Assembly (NCBI GenBank): GCA_964016885.1
Contig: OZ024741.1
Coordinates: forward strand, 293,694,001-293,758,000
From: Eledone cirrhosa
Taxonomy: Eukaryota
Length of the DNA stretch: 64,000 bases
Reading direction: 5' to 3'
A program made the position numbers and the translations under genes. The notes under the pieces were generated by a model, which had not been told where the DNA came from, did not search any database, and saw only the letters and a list, made by a program, of their open reading frames with translations. Positions within the stretch are counted from its first letter, which is position 1; each line of letters begins with the position of its first letter. Shown piece by piece: positions 38,341-52,811 of the stretch.

Positions 38341-39293
38341 GTCTTTGCTATCTCTGCTCGTAGTTATTTGTATTATTTTAAATTACAGTTTTTCTAAATT
38401 TTTTAAAATTAACAGCAATTTTATCATTTTCTCTTTGAAAACAAGAAAAAAATAATCTACATTCCAGTGGTTGTCAGAGGGGTGAAATATAAGGAAATAT
38501 GTAAATAAAAAGATGTAGAAGTTGAGGAGCCTGTCAAATATTTTAGGGAGTGGAAGAAAAATTTGGTTTTCAGAGAAAAATATCTTGTTTATTATGTTTG
38601 TATGTGTAAAACATTTTCTTTGAATATCATCTGATTAAAAAAGCCAGTCCCTTTACGATCTTTTTTCTATTAAGCTCACAGTCATATATATACTTCGTTT
38701 TCATATATATATATATATATATATGAAAACATATATATATATGAAAACGAAGTGTATGTTTATATATATATATACACACATACACTTCGTTTTTGTATTT
38801 GGTAGCATGACCCTCCTAAAGTATAACAATACACACACACACACACACACACACTTGTTGCTCCATCTGTCTTTTTCACATTATATACATATATATCATC
38901 ATCATCATCATACGTCCGCTTTTCCCTGCTTGCAAGGGTGGGATATATATATATATATGAACTTTACAATGCAAATGACCACTAGAATTGGTGACATACT
39001 GTACTGGAGAAGACAGCTTACCAGCATGGAGTGTGACCTGATTCATCTCCATACCCTGCTCTACTAGCACTATTTAGTAGTTATTTATCCTTACCATCAC
39101 TGTACAACTCGTTCATGGCCCCCCTCTTAGAAGCTATTTTCATCATCACAACTCATCCCCTTCTTAATGCTAACACACCAGTGAGTACCTTCTTTACAGT
39201 TTAGAAGGTTCCCCTCTACACTATTAAGGTCATCCCTCACCCATTCTTATCACCTTGTGAAATCCCACTATACTAGTCATATATCCATAACAT

Positions 39294-39471
39294 TGGCAGT
39301 ATCGGTAGAGGGTCGGACGCCATGCTTTCCAGCATAGTTACGTCCCTTTACGATCTGAGTTCAAATCCCGCCGAGGTTGACTTTGCCTTTCATCCTTACG
39401 GGGTCGATAAAATAAAGTACCAGTAATGCACTGGGTAATTGCTGGCCTTGTGCATAAAGTAGAAACAATTA
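39294..39471 (+). mobile_element. Full-length-looking MetaSINE-type SINE
   Basis: A-box-like TGGCAGTATCGGTAGAG, B box GAGTTCAAATCCC, Meta-like core GCCTTTCATCCTTACGGGGTCGATAAAATAAAGTACCAG. Confidence 0.8.
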
Positions 39472-39950
39472 TATTTATCTTCTTTCTTCTCTTCCTCCAT
39501 AAGGCAAAAGGGGCTCTTTGAGACAATGACCAAGAATATGCAATTAAAAAGGAATCCAGTACACCCTGTAAGGTGACTGGCATTAGGAAGAACACTCTGC
39601 TGTAGAAATTATACCTAAAAAGTTTGAGAGACCCTTCAGTTGTGTCAAAGACACAGTGTTAGTGTTAGTGATCTATATGATAAACACATACAGAACATGC
39701 TGTAAAGTGGTTGGTAGGGCATCCACTTTGTACGATATGCCAAGCAAAGGGTCATGAGGATCCTTCACCTGTGTCCAAGATATGATAACCCCCCTACTGT
39801 TAGTATCATGATAAAATGCTCTCAGTGAAGTGTGTGATCATATGTAAGTGTGAAGCAGGGCCCCTGTCATCTGAGGAATTAGTCGTACTGATTCATTCTG
39901 TAATGATCAATCCAACCTTTGCTAGGAGAGAAAAGGGATGTTAAACGATG

Positions 39951-39993
<43 letters not shown>

Positions 39994-40037
39994 GTGTGCA
40001 CACACTCTCTCTCTCTATATATATGTGTGTGTATGCT

Positions 40038-40182
40038 GAAAGCATGATAGCTTGGATAAGAAGAGGCTGGAAGAATTTTAGAGAGAGGTTACCACTGCTG
40101 AGAACAAAGAGGTTTTCTCTCACAGTAAAGAGCAGACTATATGATGCCTGTGCTTGAACTGCAATGCTACACAGCAGTGAAC
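40038..40182 (+). pseudogene. Old RTE ORF fragment
   Basis: ESMIAWIRRGWKNFRERLPLL...VKSRLYDACA*TAMLHSSE is homologous to the RTE copies in this window. Confidence 0.75.
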
Positions 40183-42906
40183 CGCATGCTTTTGGAACTC
40201 CTACCACCTCTCCACCCAACAGTCATTCAACCATATGCATTACGTGTGCATACTTTGCTACATCTGACTCCTCTTCTATCTACTTTTACTCTCAGCTCAT
40301 TAAAATATATTGGGGGTTAAAATCCCAAACCTTAGCATTGTGTTCAGTATTTTTTTTTTTTTTTCTATTTAGCTAAGGAAGGTAGGACAATGAGTCCAAC
40401 ACTTGTCTGGGCTTCTGAGACTGGTTAGAAGGTGGGATGAAGGTTTCCTCAAACCAAAGACCTGCTTTGCATGTTTGCAATGGAATGGACTCTGATAAAC
40501 ATACCTAAAGGGCAAGTGGTGTTGTTAAATCAGATGAAAAATAAAATAAAGTCTACCATTCAAATAGACTAGGGTTGGATTTAAACTCAGAAATCAAAGA
40601 ATCAGAATAAATCCTGTAAGGTATCTTGTCCAAAGTTTTAACAATTCTACCAAACCACCACTTTCTACTAGTTTTGTATTTTAGTTCTCAAAGAATGGAA
40701 GTAATAGTTTGCTCTGGTAAGATTTTAATTCAGAGTGATAAAACCCAGAACACATACAACAATACAATCAAAGTTTTAAGGCCATTCTCCCTATTAAAAC
40801 AGGAGTTACTCTTGTGAACTCCATGACAAATATTTAGCTCAATCCTCTGCACCACTCTTCACTTAGCCCCAAGCTTTCATTTGTTTTGTCATGCCCTCCT
40901 ATGTCTTCCTTTATCTTCATATACTCCTTTCCACATACATTTCAATCACTCCTCTCACTCTGTAACTTTAAGTTCCCTGGTTTCTCATTCCATTTCCTTT
41001 CACAACAGTCATCATTGGCTGTATGACCATCATCCTCCGCAATGCATTGCCTTTTTCATTTCTCTAAGTGATACTCAACTTCTGTATCAAACCATTTTCA
41101 TTTTATTATTGCTCTCCAAGTCATATTGTCCTACCCTCTAACCACTCTGCCAGCTTAGATGGTTGTGATGTAGACAGTATCAGCTTCATCATTATATTGA
41201 ACACATCACAATAACTTCAGTAAAAATATAAAAGTTCCTCTCTTTATTGAAAATGTTTTCTCTTGTATACTACAAAAAGTTCCTCTCAACCAAGACTAAA
41301 ATATTTTTTCTGAGAATGGTAAAATAACAAAAAGAAAAACAAGCTTTCTGTTCTATGTTTATACTTCTCATTTGATTCATGCTGCCAGAGGCCATTACTT
41401 TAACTTATCTACCAATTCTAGTGACTATCCTGAAAATAGTTTTTCATCTAAAACTATTTATTGCTATGTCCTCTCATATTAATCTGATGTTAGTAACAGT
41501 GCATTAAATAAAGCATTGTAATGAATTGTCTGCGATTTCTATCTGTGCAGTTGTCTGTGAACTATCACTTTCCATACAACAAACCTGATCTACACACTTA
41601 CTGACGAGCTGAAATAGTAGTCGAAATAATCTCCATCAAATTGCATCCTACCAATCATCTTAAAAATAAATAGATGAATTACATTATATAATATACTCTT
41701 CAATATTCACCATTCCTGCCCAAAAGATGGGATGGTCTTGAGTGGAATGCTTTCAATCATAGCTCAGCTGAATCATAGCTGCACTGGGTCAACTGTACCA
41801 AAAGCAATTCTAGTTCCAACAAGTTGGCTGTGACACTGTTGGGGCACAGCTCTATGTATGCATAACACATGCTCATGGGTGTATGTATAAACACTTTCAA
41901 CTATCTTGGACAGGGAATTGGAAAAGAAAAATTAAGTATTCAAGAATCTTTATATAGAATGTACGGCTTCGGAGATTTAAAACTTATGTTTCAATTGGTG
42001 CTTCCATTTCCACACGGTCCTATTGTCTTATTTACAAAAATATATATTTCTATATATTTCTTTATTTATTTCTCTTCTTTTAGTATAATATAGCGAGTTG
42101 TCACCAGTGATGTTTGAAGTTCCTTGGAGTTGGTCAGAGTATCGCTTAAAGCTTTCTTTGTAGCGCCTATCCTTTAATTTATCTTTTTCAAAACAATTAG
42201 ATTTGACAGGGTTTAAACTAAACATTTTGAGAGAGTTTAGAGATACAACAACATAATTATTTTGGTGTTGTTGTTGTTGTTAGCTGTTTGACCGAGTCAC
42301 TAACCCAATCTATTTATATCTTTTGATACCTTGCTCGCTTCCCTTCATGCATAGCGGCATCACCACCCCTCTCTCAAGCAGTGAGGGAACAGTGGCGGCA
42401 GTGACGATGCAGCAGCGGCAGTGGTGATGGGACAGCAGCGCCATAGGGATGGTGCTGGTCTGTATTTGGCTAGATTTTTTGTGGTAGTGGTGATGGTGAT
42501 GGTGATGGTGATGGTGGCAGCGGCGGTGGTGCTGGTGCTGGTGGTGAAGTTATTTGGCTGTTATTTTCTAGCCATTTTCTTTTCTGACTATAAGATTTCT
42601 GGTACAAAATTAAATATTAAATTAAATATTACATATTGGAGCCCTATGCCGCAATGTGATGCGTTGCCACTTCCTGAGAGTTAAGACTCATATCTTACGT
42701 TTCATTTGTAATAAGAATTATTCTATCACAATTGTTTTAAATATGTAAAAAATCAAAAACTTACGGGAGTGATTCCATAAAACCCTATCCACTATGTGCG
42801 GACTTGTTTGTAATCAAGGACTTAAGAAATTAAATACTTTATACTGTACACCCATCTTGACAGGTACTATGCTATTATATCACACACACACACATACATA
42901 CATATA

Positions 42907-42947
<41 letters not shown>

Positions 42948-43729
42948 CCCAAAGATATTTAAGTGGAAGTTGGTGACATAATGACATGAATAGACCTGTT
43001 TTTTTCTCTAAGAATTGTTTTTCATTTCTGCTACTGCCTACTCACCTCTATCTTCCTTTTTATTTTTTAATTTCTCATTCTATTTTCTGATGAAGGACTA
43101 ATGACCAAAACGAATCTTTTCTTACTATATCAAGCATAAAATTAATATATTTCTTCATTTTACTGTGTTGTTTGCTTTGCTATTTCTGTTTTCCTAAGGG
43201 ATTTGAGAATATTTCCTTTTGTTGTTGCCTAACTCCAGATCAGTTTTGTCTGACCAGACCTATCATCAAAACCAATTCTTCTTTTCAGACAATGTAATTT
43301 AACACCACATTATTCAATTTGACTTTTTTTAAAAGAACAGAAGAGTGTAATATGAGGGTGATTTGGTTTCTAGTTTTAGTAGGTCAAGTAATAACGTAGA
43401 GGATCCTTCATTGGCTCCTCCCCAAAATTTGTGTTGTCAAGAAATCTAATATATCTCTAAAAACCTTCTCCAACCCTATATTTATATTAGAACTAAGTCT
43501 AATACTAATTATATAATCTGCATCCAATGACACACATACTCGCACACACACATAGACACATATAAATACTTAGATACACATATACATGTCTAACATTATT
43601 AGCAACATAGTAAGTGTTACAATACATCATTCAACATCCGTTTTCCCTGCTAGCAAGGGTTGAAATATGATAAATTATAAAGAATCTGTTAATAATAATA
43701 AACTTAAATAATACATTTATACAGAAGAA

Positions 43730-43762
<33 letters not shown>

Positions 43763-44494
43763 ATGATATGAAACGAAAGGAGCTGTGTGGTTACTAAAAA
43801 CAAGGTTTAGGGTGGTGGTTAGGACGGAACAGGAGGAGAAAGGAAGAAAGGAGTTTCCATCGTCAGCTGTAAATGTTTCCCGATCCGATGTTTCGGCACT
43901 GAATTACAGGACATCGGTGTAGTTCAGGTGTGCCCGAGGCCTTTTATTAATCAAAAGACCAGGTGGAAAAGGAGTGAGAAAGAGAGAAAAAAGGGGAGAA
44001 AAAGGAGAGAGAAAAGGAAAGAGAGGGAAAGGAGTATATGTATATAAACAATATAGACTTATAGGCTATATATAACATGTATACAGATGTGTATGAGAAT
44101 ATGATTGCATGTATATACTAAAATATGTGTTGTCATTAAAAGAAAAAGAAAAGAAATACTAGTAGGCTATGAAATAGCTATTTTCTAAATTTAGTTAAAT
44201 AATTACCATTCTTTAAGATATGCTTCATGATAATCATCAACATCACCATTAGTGCAATTGTTATCATCACTACTACCACCAACACTATTTCTTCTCAAAT
44301 TTTTTACATCTTTTAATTGAATATCTTATATCCCAATATTTCAATACAAAAAAACAGTATGGTTTACATCATGTCAAGGAATGGGGACATCACCAAAGGG
44401 AGACATAGGGGAAATAACAAGAACAGTAATATTAATAAATAGGGGATGTCTGCACATCATTAGCATCTTGACTCCACATGGTGTGGATGTTCGA

Positions 44495-44808
44495 CACTCT
44501 ACCAATACTGCCAATCCACCACCCTCTATAATAATAATTGTTTCTACTTTTGGAACAAGGCCAGCAATTACCCCAGTATATTACTGCTGCTTTATTTTAT
44601 CAACCCAGTAAGGATGAAAGGCAAAGTTAACCTTGGCGGGATTTGACCTCAGAACTTAAAGGGTCATAACTCTATGTTGCAAAGCATAGTGTCTGACGCT
44701 CTACTGATACTGCCAATTCACTGCCCTAATAATAATAATTGTTTCTACTTTAGGCACAAGGCCAGCAATTATCCAGTGCATTACTGGTACTTTATTTTAT
44801 CGACCCCC
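44495..44808 (-). mobile_element. Tandem MetaSINE-type SINE cluster (other copies ~10990-11230, 29900-30020, 35260-35640, 48380-49460, 50903-51115, 53675-53778, 57040-57310, 58770-59000)
   Basis: Repeated GGCACAAGGCCAGCAATT...GGATGAAAGGCAAAG...GGATTTGAACTCAG units joined by (TAA)n. Confidence 0.8.
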
Positions 44809-45587
44809 TAATAATAATAATAATGATAATTGAGTAATAGAGAAAATCAGATAAAATACCCTTGAAGATAGAAAACGTGTACGAAGGTTCACGAAAATAA
44901 TAAAATTAAACATAGTAACTATTTTGTTACAAAATGCTTATATTTAGCTGTCTGTGTGATAGTGTGAGATTTTTTTAAAAGATTCCTAATGAACATTTAC
45001 TAAAAAGGTGGAAATGGCAAAAAATTAGGTAAGGTATTATTTATTTACTGCTATTTTATTGGTTTATTTTGCCAACAGAAAATGTTGACAGTGAAAATTG
45101 GAAAGGAATAGAATTGAAAAATTATTTTCTTTAAATTATCTTATTTTCCACTAATAAATAAATAAATAAATAGCAGGTAGAACATTTTCCCTATTTCATT
45201 TCAGTAAATTTTTGCTAATGAAATAAAATTTGGACAAGTTATGATTGCGAATTATGTTAACGAAACCTTATTTAATGAGTTATAATAGTTGTTAATGACA
45301 AAACATTAATTGAAGTATTATTATTGTTGTTATTGTTATTATTGTATACTTGATACTTTGACAGAATTGGACAAAATATATTGAGGTATTTGTTGTGACT
45401 GTTTACATAATGATTTCAAATACTTTTAACTGCTGTATATACTCATGCATAAATTCTACCTTTGTCCATGAAATGTGATGTGAAAAAACAGCATGTGGAA
45501 TATCTACTATACCTTATAAAACTTTAATTGATAATTTATATTGTGCATTGTAACTGATATATATAAGACTGATCTGCGATGTGACGT

Positions 45588-45985
45588 ATCATCATCATCA
45601 TCATTACTGTTTAACGTCCATTTTTCCACGCTGGCATGGGTCAGACGAGTTATCCTGTTGTGAGCAATGCCAGGTCAGGTGACCATCTCTTGATAATACA
45701 GAACTAATTTTAGCTTGGTTTTTACAGCTAGATGCCCTTCCTAGTGAGTACTGGGTGTTTCTGTCATGAGACCTACATGACCACTTTACAGTGTGGTTTG
45801 GGTGCTTTTCATCATGACACCACATGACCACTTTACAGTGTTGGCTGGGTACTTTTTGCCGTGTCACCATCATGACTACTTTACAGTGTGGGCTGCAGGC
45901 ATCACTGGATATATACTTCATCTTATTGTTATGGGAGATGTATGGGAGGAGGTGGTGCATGCTATATATATGCTTCAGCTTATAT
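45588..45985 (-). mobile_element. Older RTE 3' UTR fragment
   Basis: (CAT)n, GTTTAACGTCCATTTTTCCACGCTGGCATGGG and repeated CCACTTTACAGTG subunits. Confidence 0.75.
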
Positions 45986-46711
45986 GGTAATCTCTTACCA
46001 CCACCATTACCACCTAACCAACAACAACAATGACTATGTAGGATTTGATTCAGCTAAATCAAATCTTTCCCCTTTCTGCTATAACTCAAAATGTAAAGAG
46101 ATGTAACTAAATACTGCAAATCACTTTGTCTGATTCTCACCACATCTGTCAATCTATTACCCTTGGTGCCTTCTATATCTAACAAGTACTTTGTCAGTCT
46201 GTTGTAATGCATTGACATCTTCCAATGAACTTGAAATTGGGCCATGGCAGAAATGCCAGACACTTTGACCTTTATTTTTAACTTATTAGCCACCATCATC
46301 ACTAACAACAACAACCAGCAGTAGCAACAACAACTGCTTTTACTAATTCAAAGTAGGACTTGATTTGGATCAAATCTTTTCCATTTCCACCATTTGATTT
46401 CTATCGATAAATACCATCTCTAATAAATTGAATTGTTTTCCTTGTTGACTCAGTTCAAGAAGGAACCAGCTGCAACAGTCATGATGCAGATGATAGTTGC
46501 ATTGTTGCAGATGATAGCCCCCTTGTTGCACATGATAGCTGCCCAGCTTGCCATAATTTTCCCCCGATGTCGATTATACAGGAGCCAATCGGAATATTGA
46601 TGATATTTTTATTTAATATTATTTCTTTTTCTTTTTACCTAATCAATATATTAACTTCTGCATCAGAGATCAATATTGATAGTGAATATATTGAACAGAA
46701 AATTCTGGTAG

Positions 46712-46968
46712 TAGTGAATAACACACTACCTTGTATCTGTGTGTGTATGTGTGTCTATGAGTATGTTACCTGAACTTCAAATAGTGAACTGTTATTGTGA
46801 ATAACACACTACCTTGTGTCTGTGTGTTACCTGAACTTTGAATAATGAACTGTTGTACTGAATAACATGCTACCTTGTATGTGTATGCATATGTATGTTT
46901 TATATGAACTTTGGATAATTAATTCTTGTTGTGAATTACACACTATATTTATGTGTGTGTTACCTGAC
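46712..46968. repeat. Minisatellite, about 4 degenerate units of 60-85 bp
   Basis: GTGAATAACACACTACCTTGT...TGTTACCTGAACTT repeated. Confidence 0.8.
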
Positions 46969-47789
46969 CTGAAGAAGAAAATTGACTACCAAGTAATTAA
47001 CATTCAATAGGTGTAGTAGAGAATGTGGTGAACTCCTCCCAATAAATTGTCACTGACATTTTCACCCAGGTGTGAGGTTCAATTATATCTGAAATCTGTG
47101 ATATTTCAGATCAAATCTTCCATATAAAGCTTTGAGATGTTTATCAAATGATTTGCGTTTTTACTTTGCTTACTGTGTTTCCTTTTTGTGGGGTGGGGAG
47201 GGCATGGGAGAGAGGCATCCAAATCCTAACATCCTTGACCCTTTCTTATCAGTTAGATATGTTTAGGGTAAGTGTTAAAGGCTTGTGTCAGTAAACTATT
47301 AGTTAGCTTATTTATAGGTTGCAGCAGCAACATTTTAATGTTGTGTTCTCTTTTAAAGCAGGAGTCAACCTTGTAGGCCCTCATGAAAAACTTCATGCTC
47401 ATAACGAGGACTTTGTTTGAATGTCTTTTCTGATGCCAACCATTTTCCTCATCTCTTATGACATGCAGGGATATGGTTTTCCTTTTCTAAACTAGATACA
47501 CACTGTGTATGTTTATCAGTAGGTAATAAAGTGATATCCGCTTTAAGGGTAACATTACATTTGGGGCCAAGAAACAAATTAGCTACAATAGACGAAAATA
47601 AAGAATTCATTCTGGCTTGCTGTATTGCATGCCAGGTCTACCATTTATGAAATCCTTCCTCCCCGCTTCCTTGGAAAAACTCTATGACTAAACAATAAAA
47701 AAAGGAAAATTATTCCAATATTTGAAATTACATTTGAGGTCCTCTCCAAGAATTCTTGTAACTTTTATAAAATTTAAATTGGTAAAGTT

Positions 47790-47985
47790 CTTTCATCACA
47801 CATTATGTGACCTTCTCAATGATTACAGAATAGATTGTCATTGAGGAGGTCACAGAATGTGTGATGAAAGAACTGAGAGAATTAACAAATAACTAGTAAT
47901 AAAGAAAAAGTGAAAATAATATGGTGTGTGAATTTTTCTTTTTTATTGGCAATACTGGCAACATGACCATCCCAAAATATAACAA
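47790..47985. mobile_element. 196-bp insertion with 15-bp TSD and terminal fold-back
   Basis: TAAATTGGTAAAGTT at 47775-47789 and 47986-48000; 37-bp inverted arms 47786-47822 / 47838-47874. Confidence 0.7.
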
Positions 47986-49924
47986 TAAATTGGTAAAGTT
48001 ATAATTAAAATTTGTAAGATTATAATTATCAAATGATTTACATTTTTCAAATTATAATTTTTGCAGCTTATTAACTTTATCTTTAGAGACTAAATAATTT
48101 TCTTTATTTTTTTAAATATCTATATCTATACTGCATTTCAATTAGTTTGACTTTTGATCATTACCAGGTGTCTTATTTCTACCAGACTTGATTCAAACAA
48201 ATCGAAAACTACTGTAGATATAAATATTGATAATTTTTTCATCTGTAAAGTTGAGGTTAACAGCCCATAAAAAAATTATGATTTTATTAAAAAGAACTCA
48301 TCTCAGACATTGATTTGTACTTTTCTTGTATTTATTTTTTTTTATTTTTAACATCAACTCTTTAACGTTAATAATAATAATTTCAGCTTTTTTAGTAGTG
48401 GGGGAAGATAAAGTTGATTAAATCACCCCTAGTACTTGCCTAAAACTTTATTTTATTAATGATAGAAGAATGAAAGGAAAAGTTGATCTCAGCGGGACAT
48501 GGACTCAGAAAACGAAGAGCCACAAGTCTGATGTAATAACAACTCAGCCAATCCACTGACAATCTATCATTTATATCAATAATAAATATAATTGTTTCTA
48601 ATGTTGGCACAAGGCCAGCAATTGGGGAGAGGAAAGTCAATTAAATCAAAGCCAGTGTGTTGCTGGTACTTTATTTTATTTATTGATCCCATAAGGATGA
48701 AAGATAAAGCTTTAACCTCGGCAAGATTTGAACTCTGAATGTAAAGGGACAAAACTATATGCTACAAAGTATGTTGTCCAATGCTCTACCAACACTGCCA
48801 CTCCACTACCCTAATAATAATGATAATAATAATAATTTTACTCACAAAGCATTGATCAACTCAATTCTATAGTAGAAGAAAGTTGCCCAAGGTGCCATGC
48901 AGCATACTCCTTAACCACACACACGTCTATGCCTGTTGATCATTTTAACCTCTTTTTACTGATAATGTGAAAATGTCAATTTATCATTAATTGATTTTAT
49001 TATTATTATTTTGACAATATTATAGGGTGGTGGATTGGAAGTATTAGTAGAGCATCGGACACCATGCTTTGTGGCATATAGTTACATCCCTTTGTTCTGA
49101 TTTCAAATCCAGCTGAGGTTAGCTTTGCCTTTCATTATTGTAATGGGGTCAATAATAAAATAAAGTAACACTGACAGACTGGGTTTGATTTAATCGACTT
49201 CCCCCTCCCCTTTAAAATGTTGGCCTTGTCACTAAATCAGAAACCATTATTAAAGTCAGAAGTTTGGCAGTATTGGTAGACCATTGGATAACATGCTTTG
49301 TGTCATATTGTTACATCCTTTTATGTTCAAATTCTGCCAAGGTGGGCTTTTCTTTTCATCAATAAAATAAAGTACCAGTTAAGTACTGGGATCACAATAA
49401 TCAACTTTCCCCTTCCCTCAAAAATTGCTGGCCTTGTGCTAAAAGTTGAAACAATTATTATTAATGCTATTGAATCCATCCATGGAGGAATATATAAATG
49501 TTATTCTATTTTTATGAAACAAATATACCAATCTTTATTTTTCCACTTATTAGTAATTGTAAAGATTGGATTAATCTTATTTCATTGATGTTTCTGCATG
49601 CATTTATTTAGGTCTGTCTGTTTGTCTGTATTGGTGTATGTATACACAGTAAGGCATATGGCTTTGCGGTTAGGGTACTTGACTCAATATAGTAAGGTTG
49701 GGAGTTTGATTTCCAGCATATGTTTCCCCAGCCCACTTTATGGACAAAAATGTATTGTATCTGTAATTCAAAGTGACAGCCTCATCACACACTGTGTCAT
49801 GCTGAATCTGCTTGAGAATTATGTCAAAGGTACACATGTCTGTGGAAGGCTCAGCTACTTGCAGATTAATTTCACAAGCAGGCCAAAATGGTGTTCCTCT
49901 AAAGGTATTTGGAGTAATGTTAAA

Positions 49925-50160
49925 CGATAGAGTGAGATCAGAGAGTCACTCCAGGTAGAGCAGCTACTTCTCCTAATTGAGAGATCAGAGCTTCGATTCT
50001 ATGGGCATATTGTTAGAATGTCTCAGGAAAGAATTACTTGACAGATTTTATGGGCAAAACCAGATGGCAAGGAGACCCAGGAGTAGACCCCTAGCAAGTT
50101 GGTTCGATAACATCCATGAACTCGGCTGGTCTCACTTGGTGATCTAGCTGGATCAATTAG
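49925..50160 (+). pseudogene. Decayed RTE-clade (Expander/Rex3-like) C-terminal fragment
   Basis: QVEQLLLLIERSELRFYGHIVRMSQERI...RPRSRPLASWFDNI. Confidence 0.7.
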
Positions 50161-51294
50161 AGACAATTGCTTCTGACCATGCTAGCATGGAAGAATGGAT
50201 GTAAGACGGTGATGATGATAATGATGGACTTGCTGGAAGGAGTGTTTGAGGACTCTGCCTCCCTTGACCCTCTCAGGAATAAATGGGTGAAGAAGAAGAG
50301 GCTGTTTTATTTTTTGAATCAGCTAGAACTCTCATTGCTGGAATTGACAGAGGTACAACATGTGAATATGTGAGAGAGGTATTTTGTGCATGTCTAATTA
50401 CTTTGGCTTATATAGAAGTGACTGAATTGTACCTGCACTTGTGTGTAAAAGTATGTGGTAATGTTCTAAATATCAGCTGTCTAACGAAAAAGTTAGTTAT
50501 TTTATTAAATTCTACCAAATGTTTGGCTATTTTAAAAACGAATTGAAATATGTAGACAAAGTGTTTCATTAGACATAAGGTTTAAAAAATGGTTAATTGA
50601 ACTGCACTGTACTGTAAAGGAATGTGGCCCTGTGGTTAGGGTGTTGCACTCATGATCATAAAGTTGTGTGCTTAATTCTTGGCCTGAGTAGCATGTTGTT
50701 TTCTTGGGAAATATACTTCACTTTATGTTGTTTTTTCATCAAAACACCTGAAACTGCATACAAGGCCAGCTAAACTTGCTTATGTGTGAGTTATAAATTT
50801 CCTCCTTTTCTTTGTTCTACTGTACCATATACACACCTTAGACAAATACATTGCATGCTTCACCTACTACAGCAAAGTCACCTCATGCCCATTTAACAAA
50901 ATAATGGTTTCTTATATAGGCACAAGGCCAACAACTTGGGGGGAGGGGAAAGTCGATTAAATCGATCGCAGTGCATGACTGATACTTTATTTTATTGACC
51001 CCATAAGGATGAAAGGCAAAGCTAACCTCGGAGAGATTTGAACTCAGACCATAAAGGACCGTAACTCTATGCTGCAAAGCATGGTGTCTGACTCTCTACC
51101 GATACTGCCAATCCACACCGCCTTTATTTTACAAAATAATATCGCGTTTATTTTTGTACTATTTTTTTATTTCACTGATTAATTGATTTTCATATCAGAA
51201 TCTTTGGCCGATTGAACAAATAACTCCACCTGCCATTTTATATACCTCACCTGATCTGACCCCTTTATATATATATATATATATGCGTGTGTGT

Positions 51295-51327
<33 letters not shown>

Positions 51328-51922
51328 GTATGTGTGTGTGTGCGTGTGGAGTTATGTGACTTAGTGGTTAGAGAGTTGGATTCACAATCATGAGGTTTTG
51401 AGATCAATTCCTAGACCAGGCAATGCATTTTGTTTTTGAGCAAGACATTTTATTTCATGTTGCTCCAGTTTATTCACCTGTAGAAGGGAATGTTCTAGAT
51501 CCAAAACTCATGATCCTTGATGACCAAAGGGGTCTGTACCCGTTCAATATCATCATCATCATCGGTTTACGTTCGTTATTCCACGTTAGCATGGGTTAGA
51601 TGGGTTGTCCTGTTGTGAGCAGTGGCAGTAGCTCCCTGAACTTCTTATATATATATATATGGAAAAGAATGAAACGAAATTTCATTTCTCACTCTTAGTA
51701 CGGCTGGTACTTAAATGTAAGTATGTATGTATACATACATATATGTATACAGACGTACAGTAGTATGTATATATATACATACATGCACATATATATATGT
51801 ACGTATGGGTTTACCGAACATTTATTATAATGCTCGGTTTGTTTGTAAACAAACAGCCCGAATTACGCCGTACAGTGTTCAGGCAACCATCATCACCTTT
51901 TTGTTCAACACTGACATAGGAA

Positions 51923-51963
51923 CGATGTACTAGTTTCAAGATTATTAGCTATCGTCAGCATTG
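51923..51963 (-). ncRNA. Minimal type I hammerhead motif
   Basis: CAATG CTGACGA TAG CTAATAAT CTT GAAA CTAG TA CATCG: intact core, palindromic ACTAGT stem III, GUA triplet; weak stems I and II. Confidence 0.6.
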
Positions 51964-52811
51964 TATACCTTTCTGTCAGATGGTTGAACGTCTGAAAGTA
52001 TATACTTTTCTTATGCATATTAACGGCTGAGCTGCCTAATTTGCATATCGAGTGAGTTAGTCGGCCGGGCGCACCGAAAATGATAAATATATATATACGC
52101 ACATATATCTTTCTTTCATTTTCTTCGGGAATGTATTCCTGTTCTATATATTTGTCTCTGGATGTATCAGACATCACTATTGTTTACTGTCTTATTTGTT
52201 GTTATGGTTGTTTTTGCTGTTGTCTTTGTTGTTATTGTTTATTCTTGTCCTTAGTGTTTATTACTGTCGTTGTCATTGTTGTTGTTTTTTAAGCATTTAA
52301 TATTTCGAGATCAAATACACTCATTAACTTTCATGTTTTATGTTTTTTATTATTAATATTATTTTTCTTCTGCTTTCTTTGTTTTTCGGAAATCACATAC
52401 AATTAATTCAGGATATCAAATGACAGCAGTTAAATAGAATTCAACTGAAGCTGCCAAGAGAGAATATATGTTACCAAAATTGATTTTTCTTCTTTTACCA
52501 CCACTCTACCTTTCCTTTCCATTTCTTTTCCTTCTCATTCTTCTCTCTTCATCATCATTTTCATCGTCATCCTCTTTCACCCATAGTACAAGCTGAATCA
52601 CTCAATTAACTGCTAATATTTTTTCCTGGTGTCAGCAGCTAATATAAAAATCTGCTAAACAAATTGGTTTTTCTTGTACAAAGATCAAAATCGCTTTTAG
52701 TATATATACACATATTTCACTCTCATTCATTTTCTTTCTCTGGCTGCCTGCTTTCCTCTCTCCTCATCCCTCTATCTCAACCCCTCCTTTTCTCTCTGTG
52801 TACATATATAT

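Noticed and set aside
41595-41635. CTGACGA...GAAA hammerhead-like core
   Set aside because: No stem I pairing and irregular stem II.
46712-46968. Repeat-spacer-like array as CRISPR
   Set aside because: Eukaryotic context, no cas genes, and the 'spacers' are themselves homologous; it is a minisatellite.
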